A DNA stretch of 64,000 nucleotides from Nodosilinea sp. LVE1205-7 (GTDB lineage Bacteria; Cyanobacteriota; Cyanobacteriia; Phormidesmidales; Phormidesmidaceae). Location of the stretch: NCBI GenBank assembly GCA_041879365.1, contig CP089923.1, positions 1,399,095-1,463,094 on the forward strand. The letters run 5' to 3'. Shown here piece by piece: positions 42,189 through 54,310 of this stretch (position 1 is the stretch's first letter; the number at the start of each line of letters is the position of its first letter). A program made the translations under genes and the position numbers. The notes beneath the pieces are model-generated. The model worked only from the letters and a program-made list of their open reading frames with translations, was not told the origin of the DNA and did no database searches.

Positions 42189-42866
42189 ATGGTCCTAGTC
42201 AGTACTAACTCTGTTTTAATTTCTCCAGGCTTACCAACGGTCTGGCCCCGGTTTAGTCAGCCTCTAAAACTGGGAGTTCTGGCCTCTGGCCGGGGCACCA
42301 ACCTGGAGGCGATCGCGGCTTCAATTCAGCGCCAGGAACTGCACGCCACCATCCAGGTGGTGATTTACAACAACCCTGGGGCCGGAGTCGTTGACCGGGC
42401 CGATCGCCTGGGATTGCCCAGGGTGTTGCTGAACCACCGCCACTATCCCAGCCGTGAAGCCCTGGATCTAGAGATTATTCAAACCTTGCAAAATTATCAG
42501 GTGAATTGGGTGATCATGGCCGGTTGGATGCGCTGTGTCACCCAGGTCTTGATTGAGGCCTTTCCCCGCCAGATTTTGAACATTCACCCCAGTCTACTAC
42601 CCAGTTTTCCAGGTACCCACGCCATCGATCAGGCCCTCACTGCGGGGGTAAAACTATCGGGGTGTACGGTACACCACGTCGAGTTACAGGTGGATAGTGG
42701 CCCAATTATTATGCAGGCGGTGGTGCCGGTGCAGCCGCAAGACAGCGTAGAAACCCTGCAAGCTCGAATTCAAACCCAGGAATACTGTATTTACCCTGCG
42801 GCCATTGCCCTGGCCGCCCTGGAAAAGGCTAATCCTGTTGATGGGAAAACTGGTAAGCCCCAATGA
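42189..42866 (+). CDS. purN: Phosphoribosylglycinamide formyltransferase PurN
   Basis: LKLGVLASGRGTNL, the formyl-transferase motif NIHPSLLPSFPG, and HHVELQVDSGPII are present. Start taken at the internal ATG (42189), giving about 225 aa. Confidence 0.85.
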   Translation: MVLVSTNSVLISPGLPTVWPRFSQPLKLGVLASGRGTNLEAIAASIQRQELHATIQVVIYNNPGAGVVDRADRLGLPRVLLNHRHYPSREALDLEIIQTLQNYQVNWVIMAGWMRCVTQVLIEAFPRQILNIHPSLLPSFPGTHAIDQALTAGVKLSGCTVHHVELQVDSGPIIMQAVVPVQPQDSVETLQARIQTQEYCIYPAAIALAALEKANPVDGKTGKPQ

Positions 42867-43659
42867 AAGCCAGGGCAACCGCCACCGCCAGTAACACCGG
42901 TGGACTATACCAGGGAAAATCCGCCAGAGGTTTATAGGCAGCAGCCCGCAAGCCCAGGGTGGTATAGGTTAGGGGTAAGAGATAAACAATGGTTTTCAAG
43001 GCCGCGGGTAACGGGGTAGGGTCAAAGAAAGTACCCCCCAGAAAGGACATGGGTACAATTAAAAAATTATTAAATAACCCCACACTTTCTAGAGACTTGA
43101 CATTGAGTCCTACGATTACTCCCAGGCCTGCAAACACCGCACAGTTCAGCACCACTAGCACCAAAAACAGGGGATTGACGAAATTCCAAATTTTATGGGT
43201 AAACACGATCGCCACTAAAATTACCGTAGAGGCCGTCATGAGGCCCCGGACAATACCCGCCAGCATCTTACCCAGGTGCAGCGCCAGGGGATGGACCGGA
43301 TAAAGCAGCATTTCTTCAAAGGTTTTGGTAAACAGGCGATCGCCGCAAATGGAAAAGGTAGTGCCGCCAAAGCTAATCACCATAGAGGAGAGGGCCACCA
43401 TCCCCGGCAGAATAAATTCCAGGTAGGTGTCCCCTGCCGAGGGGGTGGCCACCTGGTCGATGGCGCTGCCTAAACCCAGGCCGAAGGCCAAAATATAGAT
43501 CAGGGGCGATACTAACCCCGATGCGGCCACCTGGGGAATGCGTACCCGCAGATTTAACCAGTCGCCCCAGAAAACCGTCAGGGTATCGGCCCAGAGATTA
43601 CGCTGGGGTAAATGTATCTGGAAAGATTGACCTGACTTGAGAATTGCTTTCATTACCAT
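42829..43659 (-). CDS. ABC-2 type transporter permease
   Basis: Six predicted TM helices with the ABC-2 family layout; start chosen at the internal Met (MVMKAILKS…). Confidence 0.65.
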   Translation of the reverse strand: MVMKAILKSGQSFQIHLPQRNLWADTLTVFWGDWLNLRVRIPQVAASGLVSPLIYILAFGLGLGSAIDQVATPSAGDTYLEFILPGMVALSSMVISFGGTTFSICGDRLFTKTFEEMLLYPVHPLALHLGKMLAGIVRGLMTASTVILVAIVFTHKIWNFVNPLFLVLVVLNCAVFAGLGVIVGLNVKSLESVGLFNNFLIVPMSFLGGTFFDPTPLPAALKTIVYLLPLTYTTLGLRAAAYKPLADFPWYSPPVLLAVAVALAFIGAYQFSHQQD

Positions 43660-43782
43660 CGCCGATCGCTTACTGAAATCTTTCTTTACAAATCCTGGTT
43701 TATCTAGTGTAAGGCCTGGAGAGGAAAGTTCGGCAACCCACACCTACTAAAGAATTGTCGGCATCCCCGGTGGTTGGCTAAA

Positions 43783-43809
43783 TTAGCACTCAGGGGATGA
43801 GAGTGCTAA
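43783..43809. promoter_or_regulatory. CIRCE operator (HrcA binding site) upstream of groES
   Basis: Perfect TTAGCACTC-N9-GAGTGCTAA, 53 bp upstream of the groES ATG. Confidence 0.9.
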
Positions 43810-43861
43810 TTTTCATCCATCTCCTATCCATGCCAATTATCTAGAGTTTTGGAGGAAAACT

Positions 43862-44173
43862 ATGGCCGCTGTTACCCTGAGTGCGTCAACGGTAAAGCCC
43901 CTGGGCGATCGCATCCTGGTGAAGGTGAGCGAAGCCGAAGAGAAAACCGCTGGCGGCATTCTCCTACCCGATACCGCCAAGGAAAAGCCCCAGGTCGGGG
44001 AAGTGGTGCAGGTGGGACCTGGCAAACGCAACGATGATGGCGCTTACCAGGGGCTAGAGGTGAAGGTGGGCGATCGGGTGCTCTATTCCAAGTACGCTGG
44101 CACCGATATCAAACTCGGTAGCGAAGAATACGTACTGCTGCGGGAGTCCGATATTCTGGCAGCCCTGGCTTGA
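43862..44173 (+). CDS. groES: Co-chaperonin GroES
   Basis: 103 aa; [10 protein letters not shown]…TAGGILLPD…VGPG…. Confidence 0.95.
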   Translation: MAAVTLSASTVKPLGDRILVKVSEAEEKTAGGILLPDTAKEKPQVGEVVQVGPGKRNDDGAYQGLEVKVGDRVLYSKYAGTDIKLGSEEYVLLRESDILAALA

Positions 44174-44243
44174 TGCTCGGCGCTAACTACCACCGTTTTG
44201 TCTGAACTAACGACGACCACACAACTATTAAGGAGAGCAATAA

Positions 44244-45884
<1,641 letters not shown>

Positions 45885-46193
45885 CCAATCGGTGCTGATC
45901 GGTCATGGAGTGTTTGTCAGGTCCCTGAGAGGTTGTTGGGCCTTAAGTCCCGACCCTATAGCAACGACAAGGACCTCCCTCCTGTCACCACTGTTATAAC
46001 CAGAACCCCTATCCAGAGTCCTGGCTATAACTCATCCACTCCGTCCTTAGAGATGCCGGTCAAGACCTCATAGCAAGATATTTTCTGGCTACCTGGTAAC
46101 AGGTAGCTTTTTTTAGCCTCTCAAATTTTAATTGCTTGCTGAGCTAACCTACTGATCTGTAAATTTAGTCTTTATTTATTTAAAACAGACAAT

Positions 46194-46221
46194 AAAAGAG
46201 GGGTAAGACCCCTCTTTTATT
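46194..46221 (+). terminator. Rho-independent terminator downstream of groEL
   Basis: AGAGGGG-TAAGA-CCCCTCT hairpin (7 bp stem) followed by TTTATT. Confidence 0.6.
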
Positions 46222-46400
46222 GGTTTATTTAGTCCTAAAAAAATCAATTTTAAGAGTTTTAATACATCACCGATTACTTGTCAAGAGTGTGAGAGCCCAA
46301 TAGCTAAAGTTAATATTCACAGCTAATCTATTCACCATCGGTCGGGGAAAAAACCCATACTGAATGACCCCCTATTCTGTAGCTGGAACCACTTTATACT

Positions 46401-46790
46401 ATGAAAGACTTTACCCCCTGGTCTCCTGGTAGAACGATTGAACTAAATCGTTTCGATGCTTTAGTAGTGGTGATTGTCACTACCCTTTTAGCCATGATTG
46501 CTGCCCCTAATCGCTCTACTTCCTTTTACCCTCAACAGGTAGATACCTGGTCAGGACGAGGGATAGAAAATCTTTATTCAATTCCCCAAAATCCTGGCCG
46601 CTCAGGACAACAAGTAGAAATTAGATCGGCTAAACCTGTTTTTTCCCTTGCCCAGGGAAACTTAAAGCCTGCGCCAACCATGGTGGCTAATTCCCCCTAT
46701 GGTGCTCGCCCCTATATTGCCCAGTGGAGTTACTATTTGACCGATGACCAACCCCGTAGTCAAGCCACGGAAGCTGGTGCAGTACTCTAA
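46401..46790 (+). CDS. Hypothetical protein
   Basis: 129 aa ORF with one hydrophobic segment near the N-terminus; no family recognised. Confidence 0.35.
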   Translation: MKDFTPWSPGRTIELNRFDALVVVIVTTLLAMIAAPNRSTSFYPQQVDTWSGRGIENLYSIPQNPGRSGQQVEIRSAKPVFSLAQGNLKPAPTMVANSPYGARPYIAQWSYYLTDDQPRSQATEAGAVL

Positions 46791-46909
46791 AAGGGCAAAC
46801 CTAAGGCCTCAAGCAATCACCAACCTACACACCAGGACTATAGCCCTGGTGCCATCCCATAGAGGGATAAACAGAACTGGGTGCAACGATAATCACACGC
46901 CATAGGCAG

Positions 46910-49900
46910 CTAAGCCGCCTCAGATTCCCCCAGTTCGGTTAGAAACTCCAGAGCTCTAGCAATATAGGTGGCGCACTGACTCGGGGACAGTTGATAAAAG
47001 CCCTGCCAGGCAGCCGCCTTATCGCTTTCATAGGTAGATGCCCGCTGGGGCTGGTGGTCTAGCCAACCTATACGGACGGCATGGCCAATCAACACATCCA
47101 GGTAGAGATAATCTTCGAAGTAGAGGTCGGGATTAACCTTGAAAATTTCTCCCATCTCCCGTAGTGCCTCCAAATTGACATGGCGGTATTCAGGGGCTTC
47201 AATCTTGCTCAACAAATGGGTAATACGACGCTCGAAGTTTTGCTCACCAGGGGTCATCTCGGACAGAATAGAGGCGCTATCCAGCCGGTTTTTACGGTCT
47301 AGCTTGTTACCAATTACAATCCCTTTGCAGTGTTTGAGTACCTCCCACAATTGGGTATAAAACTCTGGGGGAATGCGAGTGATTTCCCCGTCGATTACCC
47401 GCTTGCGCCACCAATCCTGGGGGCTGGTGATGGCTTCCGGCGGAGATTTTTCGACTTCGGCTGGCAGCACCTCCCAATTGATATCGCTGAGGGGCTTTAC
47501 CCGCAAAGATTCCCGTTGAAAAATCGATTGGTTGAGTCCACTAAACCCGGCCAGTACCTGACGCAGGCGAGTTTTGAGTTCAAAGGGGCTGAGACTGAGC
47601 AGCTCCCCGTAGGCTTCATCCTGGGGAAGCTGGCGTTCTCGGGCCAGTTCGCTGGTCAGGAGCAGCAGCAGGTAGCCTACCCTTAGGGTGAGAAGACCCT
47701 TGAACAGGCTGGGCTCAGCTTTCATCAGCAGGCTCAGGTCAATCAAGACCTCCTGGGTGAGGACATGGTCGCGCACATCGTCACCGCAGAAGGTACGAAT
47801 TTTCTCAATAATTTCTCCATGGGCCATGGGTTCCGTAATCAGAGAGGCTTCACTGTAGGCCTTGCCCACGGAAATTTGCTTCTGTCGAACCAGTAACTCT
47901 GTCACCGCATCCGATAGACTGATATCGGTTTTTTCCAGTAGACCGGCTGTGCGCCGCAGAATATCCCACTGTTCTAGCTGACTGGCCTTAGCGTAGATTT
48001 CATCCAGCAGATCGGTGACCGTTACCCGTCGCTGGGGACCCCCCAGACCTGTATCAAAACCCAGACCTTTGAGGTGCTTGAGGGTGCTGAGCAACTCCAC
48101 CTGGACGTAGACATTATTAGAGGCCTGGAGCTGGGCCAGCAGGCGCTCCAGGTTAGTTTCTCGCTCCAGGTCAAATTCTTCTACCACAGATAACGGCCCA
48201 TCCCGATTGGGCTCAAAGCCCAGGTAGGCAGTCCAGGGGGAAGGATAGATAATGGCGCTACTACCCAATTGGTAGCTGTTGAGATTATCTACTCGCTCCA
48301 GGCTGGTGGTTATGATCAGCTGGTGTAGGGGGGCTAGTTTAACCGGTACATGGTCACAACGTCCCGTCATGAGTTCCTGCATCAGTGCCAACAAGGGAGA
48401 TTCATGGATGGGCTTATGGCCTAGTTGGAACATAGCGTGGCTGAGGAGCAAAACCACCGTAGGGCGACCCGGTTCCCGCCAGTGGTCGTAGATGTAGGCC
48501 AATTCGCTGCGGATTTGGGCCACCAGAAAATGGTAGTCGAGGGTGAGATAAAATCGCTCTTGATCAAGAAAGGAGGGCAGAAATACGACCTGATGGTCTT
48601 GAATACGAAAAATACGAGAGGTGGTTAAGCTGCGCAGGCGACGGATAGGGCGTCCACTCAGACTTAGGGTGGGATTTTTACCAATTTCGGCATAAATAGC
48701 CGATAGCTCAGTGGCTGAAAAGACCTGAATAGGCGCAATTTCTGCCGGAGTTTGGGTGGTTAGTCCGTAGGTGCTGAGTTCTTCCCGCAGGGCCTTATCT
48801 TCTGCCAGCAAAGCTAACTGCAGCACCGGGTAGCGTTGTTCTCCCACCAAATGGTGGCGGCCCAGGGGTCTCAGATCCTCGGGTTTAAGCAGGCCATCGT
48901 CGAGCAGTTGGCCCAACAGGTAAAGGCTCTGGGCCCAGACCAGGGGAAGGTTGTCGTTGGGCTGGCGGTTTTGACTACCAGGTTGCTGGCGTTCCAGCTC
49001 TAGCTTATCGGCGGGGACGTAGTAGAGTTCGGGTAAGAGGGCCTGACCCCCATGATCGATCGCCAGGTCCGCCAGACGCTCTCGATAGTCGGCAATGGCA
49101 TCGCGATCGCCACTAAATAAACTATCCAGCCAGAGGTAGGTAAAAAATAGGGGCCACTCACACTCGATATGCTCGAATTGTTTTAACTCCTCCGGTTCGT
49201 AGTGCAGGCGACTGGTGTCTTCAATTACGGTCTGGTGGCCATCCCGCAAAAACCGCTTACAGCCATAGCGGCCCTGGAGTTTATCGATAATTTTCTGGCG
49301 GGTCTGGCGCACCACATCGGCACTCTCTATGGCGAAGGCCGGAAAGCCAATCACACTCAGCAAGGCCCCATCCACCTCCTTGGAGCCAGACTCACGAGGC
49401 AGGAGGGATTCCAGGGTAATTCGGGCTCGAGCGATTTCGTCAGGCAGAACATGAATCATGGAAGCCTGGCCTCCCCGCATACCAAACAGGTTCATTCCCC
49501 GCATGGCTTCCAGGGCAGCCTTAGCCATGCCTACGGAACTGGCGTTCAGCTCTGGCTTACCGTGGTTAATTTTGTTGCCCCGCTCCCAAATCCCGTAGTC
49601 GGGAGTCCGGTAGGCGCGACCAATGTAGTACACCAGGTTCTGGACAAAATTAACTTCGTCCAAGGTATAAATAATTTGCAACCCAGAGGCGGTCATCTGA
49701 GCCAGCATCAGCAGAAACACAGAGGTGGCGTCGATTTGTAGATGCCCCCATTCTCCGTCTCCTACCACGGGGGTACCGGTGGCGGTGTCATACTTGGCGT
49801 GGAGGGCTGCCAGGGGGTCCTGCCGTTCTTTAAAGCGCTCGACTTTAGAGGCTTGCCGCAGCATGGCCAGGAGTAATCCCCGCATTAGTTTGACTACGCT

Positions 49901-50191
49901 TTGTTCCAGCTCTACGGTGCGGCCCTGGTCGTCATCCAGGCGGCGATAGGCTAGGGCCAGCCCCCACACCGCCAGAATGCTGTAGACATTGTCTCGCACC
50001 CAGGCATCGGTGTAGTTGCCGTGGCTATTCACTGCCGTGCTAGCGGGCATTAAACCACTGACGGGATGCTGGCGCACCAGAATGGTGGTTTTGATCTGGC
50101 GATAGTAGCGGTCAAGCTGGGCTTGCAGTGAGGAGAGGGACATAGGCAGATAAGCAGGGGAATTTCTACAGTATGGGACTGAGATGATCAA
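46910..50191 (-). CDS. Large GH15 (glucoamylase)-like domain protein, phosphorylase-kinase alpha/beta-like
   Basis: 1093 aa. The N-terminal region (…NYTDAWVRDNVYSILAVWGLALAY…LQIDATSVFLLMLAQM…GIWERGNKINHG…) matches the (alpha/alpha)6 GH15-like fold seen in the phosphorylase kinase A/B family. Confidence 0.65.
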   Translation of the reverse strand: MIISVPYCRNSPAYLPMSLSSLQAQLDRYYRQIKTTILVRQHPVSGLMPASTAVNSHGNYTDAWVRDNVYSILAVWGLALAYRRLDDDQGRTVELEQSVVKLMRGLLLAMLRQASKVERFKERQDPLAALHAKYDTATGTPVVGDGEWGHLQIDATSVFLLMLAQMTASGLQIIYTLDEVNFVQNLVYYIGRAYRTPDYGIWERGNKINHGKPELNASSVGMAKAALEAMRGMNLFGMRGGQASMIHVLPDEIARARITLESLLPRESGSKEVDGALLSVIGFPAFAIESADVVRQTRQKIIDKLQGRYGCKRFLRDGHQTVIEDTSRLHYEPEELKQFEHIECEWPLFFTYLWLDSLFSGDRDAIADYRERLADLAIDHGGQALLPELYYVPADKLELERQQPGSQNRQPNDNLPLVWAQSLYLLGQLLDDGLLKPEDLRPLGRHHLVGEQRYPVLQLALLAEDKALREELSTYGLTTQTPAEIAPIQVFSATELSAIYAEIGKNPTLSLSGRPIRRLRSLTTSRIFRIQDHQVVFLPSFLDQERFYLTLDYHFLVAQIRSELAYIYDHWREPGRPTVVLLLSHAMFQLGHKPIHESPLLALMQELMTGRCDHVPVKLAPLHQLIITTSLERVDNLNSYQLGSSAIIYPSPWTAYLGFEPNRDGPLSVVEEFDLERETNLERLLAQLQASNNVYVQVELLSTLKHLKGLGFDTGLGGPQRRVTVTDLLDEIYAKASQLEQWDILRRTAGLLEKTDISLSDAVTELLVRQKQISVGKAYSEASLITEPMAHGEIIEKIRTFCGDDVRDHVLTQEVLIDLSLLMKAEPSLFKGLLTLRVGYLLLLLTSELARERQLPQDEAYGELLSLSPFELKTRLRQVLAGFSGLNQSIFQRESLRVKPLSDINWEVLPAEVEKSPPEAITSPQDWWRKRVIDGEITRIPPEFYTQLWEVLKHCKGIVIGNKLDRKNRLDSASILSEMTPGEQNFERRITHLLSKIEAPEYRHVNLEALREMGEIFKVNPDLYFEDYLYLDVLIGHAVRIGWLDHQPQRASTYESDKAAAWQGFYQLSPSQCATYIARALEFLTELGESEAA

Positions 50192-51408
50192 TCAGGCGAT
50201 CGCACTCTTCCAGGGTGTTGTAGTGCACCATACTAACCCGAACTACTCCCTGGTGGGCCAGTAACCCCAAAGCCTCGATCAATCGCGGGGCATAGAAGTG
50301 GCCAGAGCGTAGACCAATCCTCTGGCTATCCAGATAGGGCGGTATTTGATCGCTCCCCAAGCCGTCTACCACAAAGGAAAGGGTGGGGACGCGTTGGCTG
50401 CCGTCGGCACTTGTAGAACCGATTACCCGTACCCCCGACCTGGAGTTCAGAAAGCTCAATAGGCGTTCCGCCAGTTGAGCTTCGTGGGCCTCAATCAGGG
50501 CAAAGGCCTGGCTCAGCTGATCCGCTGGAGTCGCCCCAGTTGCCGTTCCCCAGTGGTGCTGGGCCAGGTTTTGTAAATATTCCGTGATCGCCACCAGGCT
50601 GTAGCTCAACTCGTAACAGGGCCCCCCGGGCTGAAACTTGTAGGGAATGGTACTGGCGGCGATGAAATCGTGATTGTAGCCCGGTAAGGCCAGCAGGCGA
50701 TCGCGCTTACCGTACAGCAGGGCAATGTGGGGACCGTAGACCTTATAGAGACTAAAGCTATAGAAATCCACATCCAGCGCCTGGACATCCACCTGACGGT
50801 GGGGGGCAAAGGCTACCCCATCGACACAAACTAAGGCTCCTTGGGCATGGACGAGATCGGCAATGGCCCGAATTGGGTTGAGGTTACCCAACACGTTAGA
50901 GGTATGGGTAAGGGTAACCAGGCGGGTACGGGGAGTCAGCAGAGCCTCTCAGATCGGCCAGATCTAGCTCAAAGCTGGTGGGGTTAAGGGCCCAGGTCTT
51001 AATCACAATACCCATGCAGGCTAGAGATCGCCAGGGACTCAGGTTAGCCTCGTGGTCCGTATTGGTAACGATAATTTCGTCCCCCACCGCCAGGGTAGCC
51101 CCCAAACACTGGGCCAGCATGCGCAGCAAAGCTGAGGTACTGGATCCCAGTATCACCTCATCAGGGTTAGCAGCATTAATCAGGGTGGCCATGGCCTGGG
51201 TGCCGGCGGCAACCCGTTCCGCCGCCAGTTGAGACAGGGCGTAGGAGGCCCCTAATTGAACATTAGAGCCGTAGAGAAATTCCCCAATCCGATCCACCAC
51301 GCCCCTGAGCACCTGGGAGCCGCCAGCATTGTCAAAAAAGGTCCAGCCCCGTTCCAGGGCAGGAAACTGCTGACGTACATAATTAAGGTCGAGGGAAGGA
51401 GTGGCCAT
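50166..51408 (-). CDS. Class V aminotransferase-fold PLP enzyme (cysteine desulfurase / selenocysteine lyase-like), frameshift near 50905-50920
   Basis: The N-terminal ORF (…VTNTDHEANLSPW…) and C-terminal ORF (…VDGVAFAPHRQVDVQALDVDFYSFSLYKVYGPH…, PLP-Lys context SLYK) join if one base is removed from CTGAGAGG, giving DLADLEALLTPRTRLVTLTHTSNVLGNLNP. Confidence 0.7.
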
Positions 51409-51434
51409 TCTGCCTGTGGGGTAGCCTTACCATT

Positions 51435-52349
51435 TTAATGGAACGGGGCCGGGTTACTACCATCGCTGGCTGACCAATCCCGCACCGCCCGTAGTCCCGC
51501 TTCTATGCCTCGGGGATGGTAGCCTAGGGCTAGAGCCCGTTGGTTATCGGTAGAGACATCGGCGGGCCGGCGGGCCGGCATGGTTACATCCCGTTGATAG
51601 CAGGGCGTCAGCAGATCCTGGGGGAAACCAAAGACCGCCGCCATGCGCAAACCAAACTCATAGCGGCTGATGCGCTCGGGTCCTCCTAGATGAACTAGAT
51701 CTACTCCAGCTTTCAGGGCTAACAGCAGACCATCGGCCACATCTTCGACATAGGCGGGACTGCGAAATTCGTCCACAAACAGGGACAGGGGCTGGCCTGC
51801 GGCTAAGGTCTGCAAAAAGCCTTGAAGAAAGGATCCGGCCCTGGGGGTGGCAGGTCCGTAAAGCAGGGGTAACCGACAAATGGTGGGACAGGGATGGAGG
51901 GTCTGAATCCGCTGTTCTGCCTCTAACTTGTGCTGACCATAAATGTTAATGGGGTGGGGGGTACTGACTTCTGAGTAGGGAGCGTCCTCGCCATCAAAAA
52001 CCTGCTCGGTGGAGGTAAATACAAAGGGAATCGAGTGCTGGCCACACAATTCCGCCAGTCTACAGGAAGCGATGACGTTAATAGCGTAGGACTGGTGGGG
52101 GTCCTGTTCACATTGATTGGGCTGGGCGATCGCGGCGGTATGAATCACCGCCCTGGGGTTGAGCTGCCTCAACCAGGCCCCGATTTGATCGCGATCGCTC
52201 AAATCAACTGAGGTCATGGCAACTCCTGGTTGCGCGACTGGATGACGATGGTAAGTACCATGTACCAGCCCTCTAGTACTGGCCATACGGCTCAGATGCC
52301 AGCCCAGAAAGCCACTGGCACCGGTAACCAGTAAGGGGCGATCGCCCAC
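51435..52349 (-). CDS. NAD(P)-dependent epimerase/dehydratase (SDR, RmlD/dTDP-4-dehydrorhamnose reductase-like)
   Basis: Rossmann motif VTGASGFLG at the N-terminus and an SDR YxxxK-type catalytic dyad in YGQHK. Confidence 0.6.
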   Translation of the reverse strand: MGDRPLLVTGASGFLGWHLSRMASTRGLVHGTYHRHPVAQPGVAMTSVDLSDRDQIGAWLRQLNPRAVIHTAAIAQPNQCEQDPHQSYAINVIASCRLAELCGQHSIPFVFTSTEQVFDGEDAPYSEVSTPHPINIYGQHKLEAEQRIQTLHPCPTICRLPLLYGPATPRAGSFLQGFLQTLAAGQPLSLFVDEFRSPAYVEDVADGLLLALKAGVDLVHLGGPERISRYEFGLRMAAVFGFPQDLLTPCYQRDVTMPARRPADVSTDNQRALALGYHPRGIEAGLRAVRDWSASDGSNPAPFH

Positions 52350-52473
52350 ACCTTTAAACTCTCTATGGCCATAGGAACCCTGGATTTACCTGATGTCTAA
52401 CCCTTCTAACCAGAGCCCTATATTAGGCGGATTACCATCCCCTGGTTAACAGATCAGATCGAGTCCTTAACCT

Positions 52474-53814
52474 TCAGCGGGTTGACCTGGGCTGGTGATC
52501 GCTGACCACCTGGGGAGGAGGAAAGGGCATCACTAAAATCTTATCGACCCTGGGACCATCCATATCCATAACTTCAAAGCGTAGTCCCTCCCACTCAAAG
52601 TGTTCGCCGGATTGGGGAATATAACCCAGGTAGTGCATGATAAATCCTCCCAGGGTGTGGAAGTTGCCGGTTTCCTCCTCAGGTAGGGTACGCTTTCTAA
52701 ATAAATCCTTGAGGTCATTAATATCAAGGGAGCCGTCCAACAACCAGGAACCATCCTCCCGCTGAATGACCAGGGGCTCCTCTTGATCTTCTACGGAAGG
52801 TAAATCGCCCACAATGGCCTCCATCAAGTCATTCAGAGTGACTAATCCCTCAATACCCCCATACTCATCAATCACCAGGGCGATGTGAATACCGGTTTGC
52901 TTGAACTGTTCTATGATGCTCAGGGCCCGGGCATTTTCAGCCACATAAAGGGGGGGCTGGGTAAGGGTTTCCAGGTCAAAGGCTTGGGCCGATAGTTGAG
53001 CCACTAAGATATTACTGCCCCGAATAATACCCACACAGTCATCCAGGCTGCCCCGTCCTACCGGAAAACGAGAGTGGTTACTGGTCATCACCTCTTGGAG
53101 AGTTTCCGCCAGGGTAGCTTGGGTATCTAGCCAGGTGATTTCCGTACGAGGAGTCATCATGGCCTTGATGGGGCGATCGCCCAGGCGAAATACCCGTTCT
53201 ACCATTTCATGTTCCGCCTCCTCAAACATGCCTGATTCTGCCCCTTGCCGAATCAAAACCTTAATTTCTTCCTCAGTAATATCAGGTTCTTGAGAAGCCT
53301 CAATCGCCATAATTTTTAGCAAGGTATCGGTAGAAAGACCAAGAATATGAACAAAGGGAGCGGTCAATCGAGCCAGATATCGCATCGGCGGAGCAACGAT
53401 GCAGGCAATTTGTTCCGGGTCATTGAGGGCAATACGTTTGGGTACCAGTTCTCCCACCACCAGGGAAAGATAGGTAATAATCGATACTACAACCCCGACG
53501 CTAATCCCTTCGCTGTAGGGCTCTAGAGCTGGAATGCCATCGAGAAGAGGTTTCAGTCTCTGGGCAATGGTTGCTCCTCCCACCGCCCCACTAAGAATGC
53601 CAATCAGGGTAATACCTATTTGTACTGTGGCCAAAAAATTATTGGGGGAGTTGGCCAGCTTTAAAGCAACATGGGCCCGATGATTTCCCCGATCTACCAA
53701 CTGCTCTAATCGAACTTTGCGGGCCGATACCACTGCAATTTCTGATCCTGAAAAGATGCCGTTTGCAATAATGAGTAAAAAGATGATCAGAATTTCAGAA
53801 TAAATTGATGCCAT
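52474..53814 (-). CDS. HlyC/CorC (CNNM) family transporter: DUF21 membrane domain, CBS pair and CorC_HlyC domain
   Basis: 446 aa with an N-terminal 4-TM DUF21, two CBS motifs and a C-terminal transporter-associated domain. Confidence 0.8.
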   Translation of the reverse strand: MASIYSEILIIFLLIIANGIFSGSEIAVVSARKVRLEQLVDRGNHRAHVALKLANSPNNFLATVQIGITLIGILSGAVGGATIAQRLKPLLDGIPALEPYSEGISVGVVVSIITYLSLVVGELVPKRIALNDPEQIACIVAPPMRYLARLTAPFVHILGLSTDTLLKIMAIEASQEPDITEEEIKVLIRQGAESGMFEEAEHEMVERVFRLGDRPIKAMMTPRTEITWLDTQATLAETLQEVMTSNHSRFPVGRGSLDDCVGIIRGSNILVAQLSAQAFDLETLTQPPLYVAENARALSIIEQFKQTGIHIALVIDEYGGIEGLVTLNDLMEAIVGDLPSVEDQEEPLVIQREDGSWLLDGSLDINDLKDLFRKRTLPEEETGNFHTLGGFIMHYLGYIPQSGEHFEWEGLRFEVMDMDGPRVDKILVMPFPPPQVVSDHQPRSTR

Positions 53815-53894
53815 GGAGTCAATTAGAAGGATAAAAAGCTTGGCAATAGCCTAGAGTATAAAGCCTAAAATCCTGATCCCCAGGTTAGTTATGG

Positions 53895-54296
53895 TTAATC
53901 ATCCTGCAGTAGCTCTGTGAGTTTAATGATCAACATTGCCATTTCGGGATTACTCTGGGCCAATCGCTGACTGCGGCTCTGGAAAGCTTCACCAATTTCC
54001 GTGGCTTGTAGCAGATAACGGGTTTGACCAATCAATTCTGTAGCTCGCTCAATAGCCTGGGGTTGCTTAGCCATCAGTACCTCATCAATTTGAACAATGA
54101 GTTGGGAAATCGGGCGCAGCCAACTAAACTGCTCATGGTGTAACACCAGATGCAAATATTCCCCCTTAGTAGCAATGGGAGCATAAATGGCTTCGTAGTG
54201 GTCCTTCTCCGCCTCCATCAAAATTCTATGGGACTTTAAGAGCAGAGGACGTAGTTCCCTCAATCTACCAAAGGCAGGATCAACGGCAGGAATCAT
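53895..54296 (-). CDS. Hypothetical protein
   Basis: 133 aa ORF with helical composition; no family recognised. Confidence 0.35.
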   Translation of the reverse strand: MIPAVDPAFGRLRELRPLLLKSHRILMEAEKDHYEAIYAPIATKGEYLHLVLHHEQFSWLRPISQLIVQIDEVLMAKQPQAIERATELIGQTRYLLQATEIGEAFQSRSQRLAQSNPEMAMLIIKLTELLQDD

Positions 54297-54310
54297 AACG
54301 GTTTCGTAAA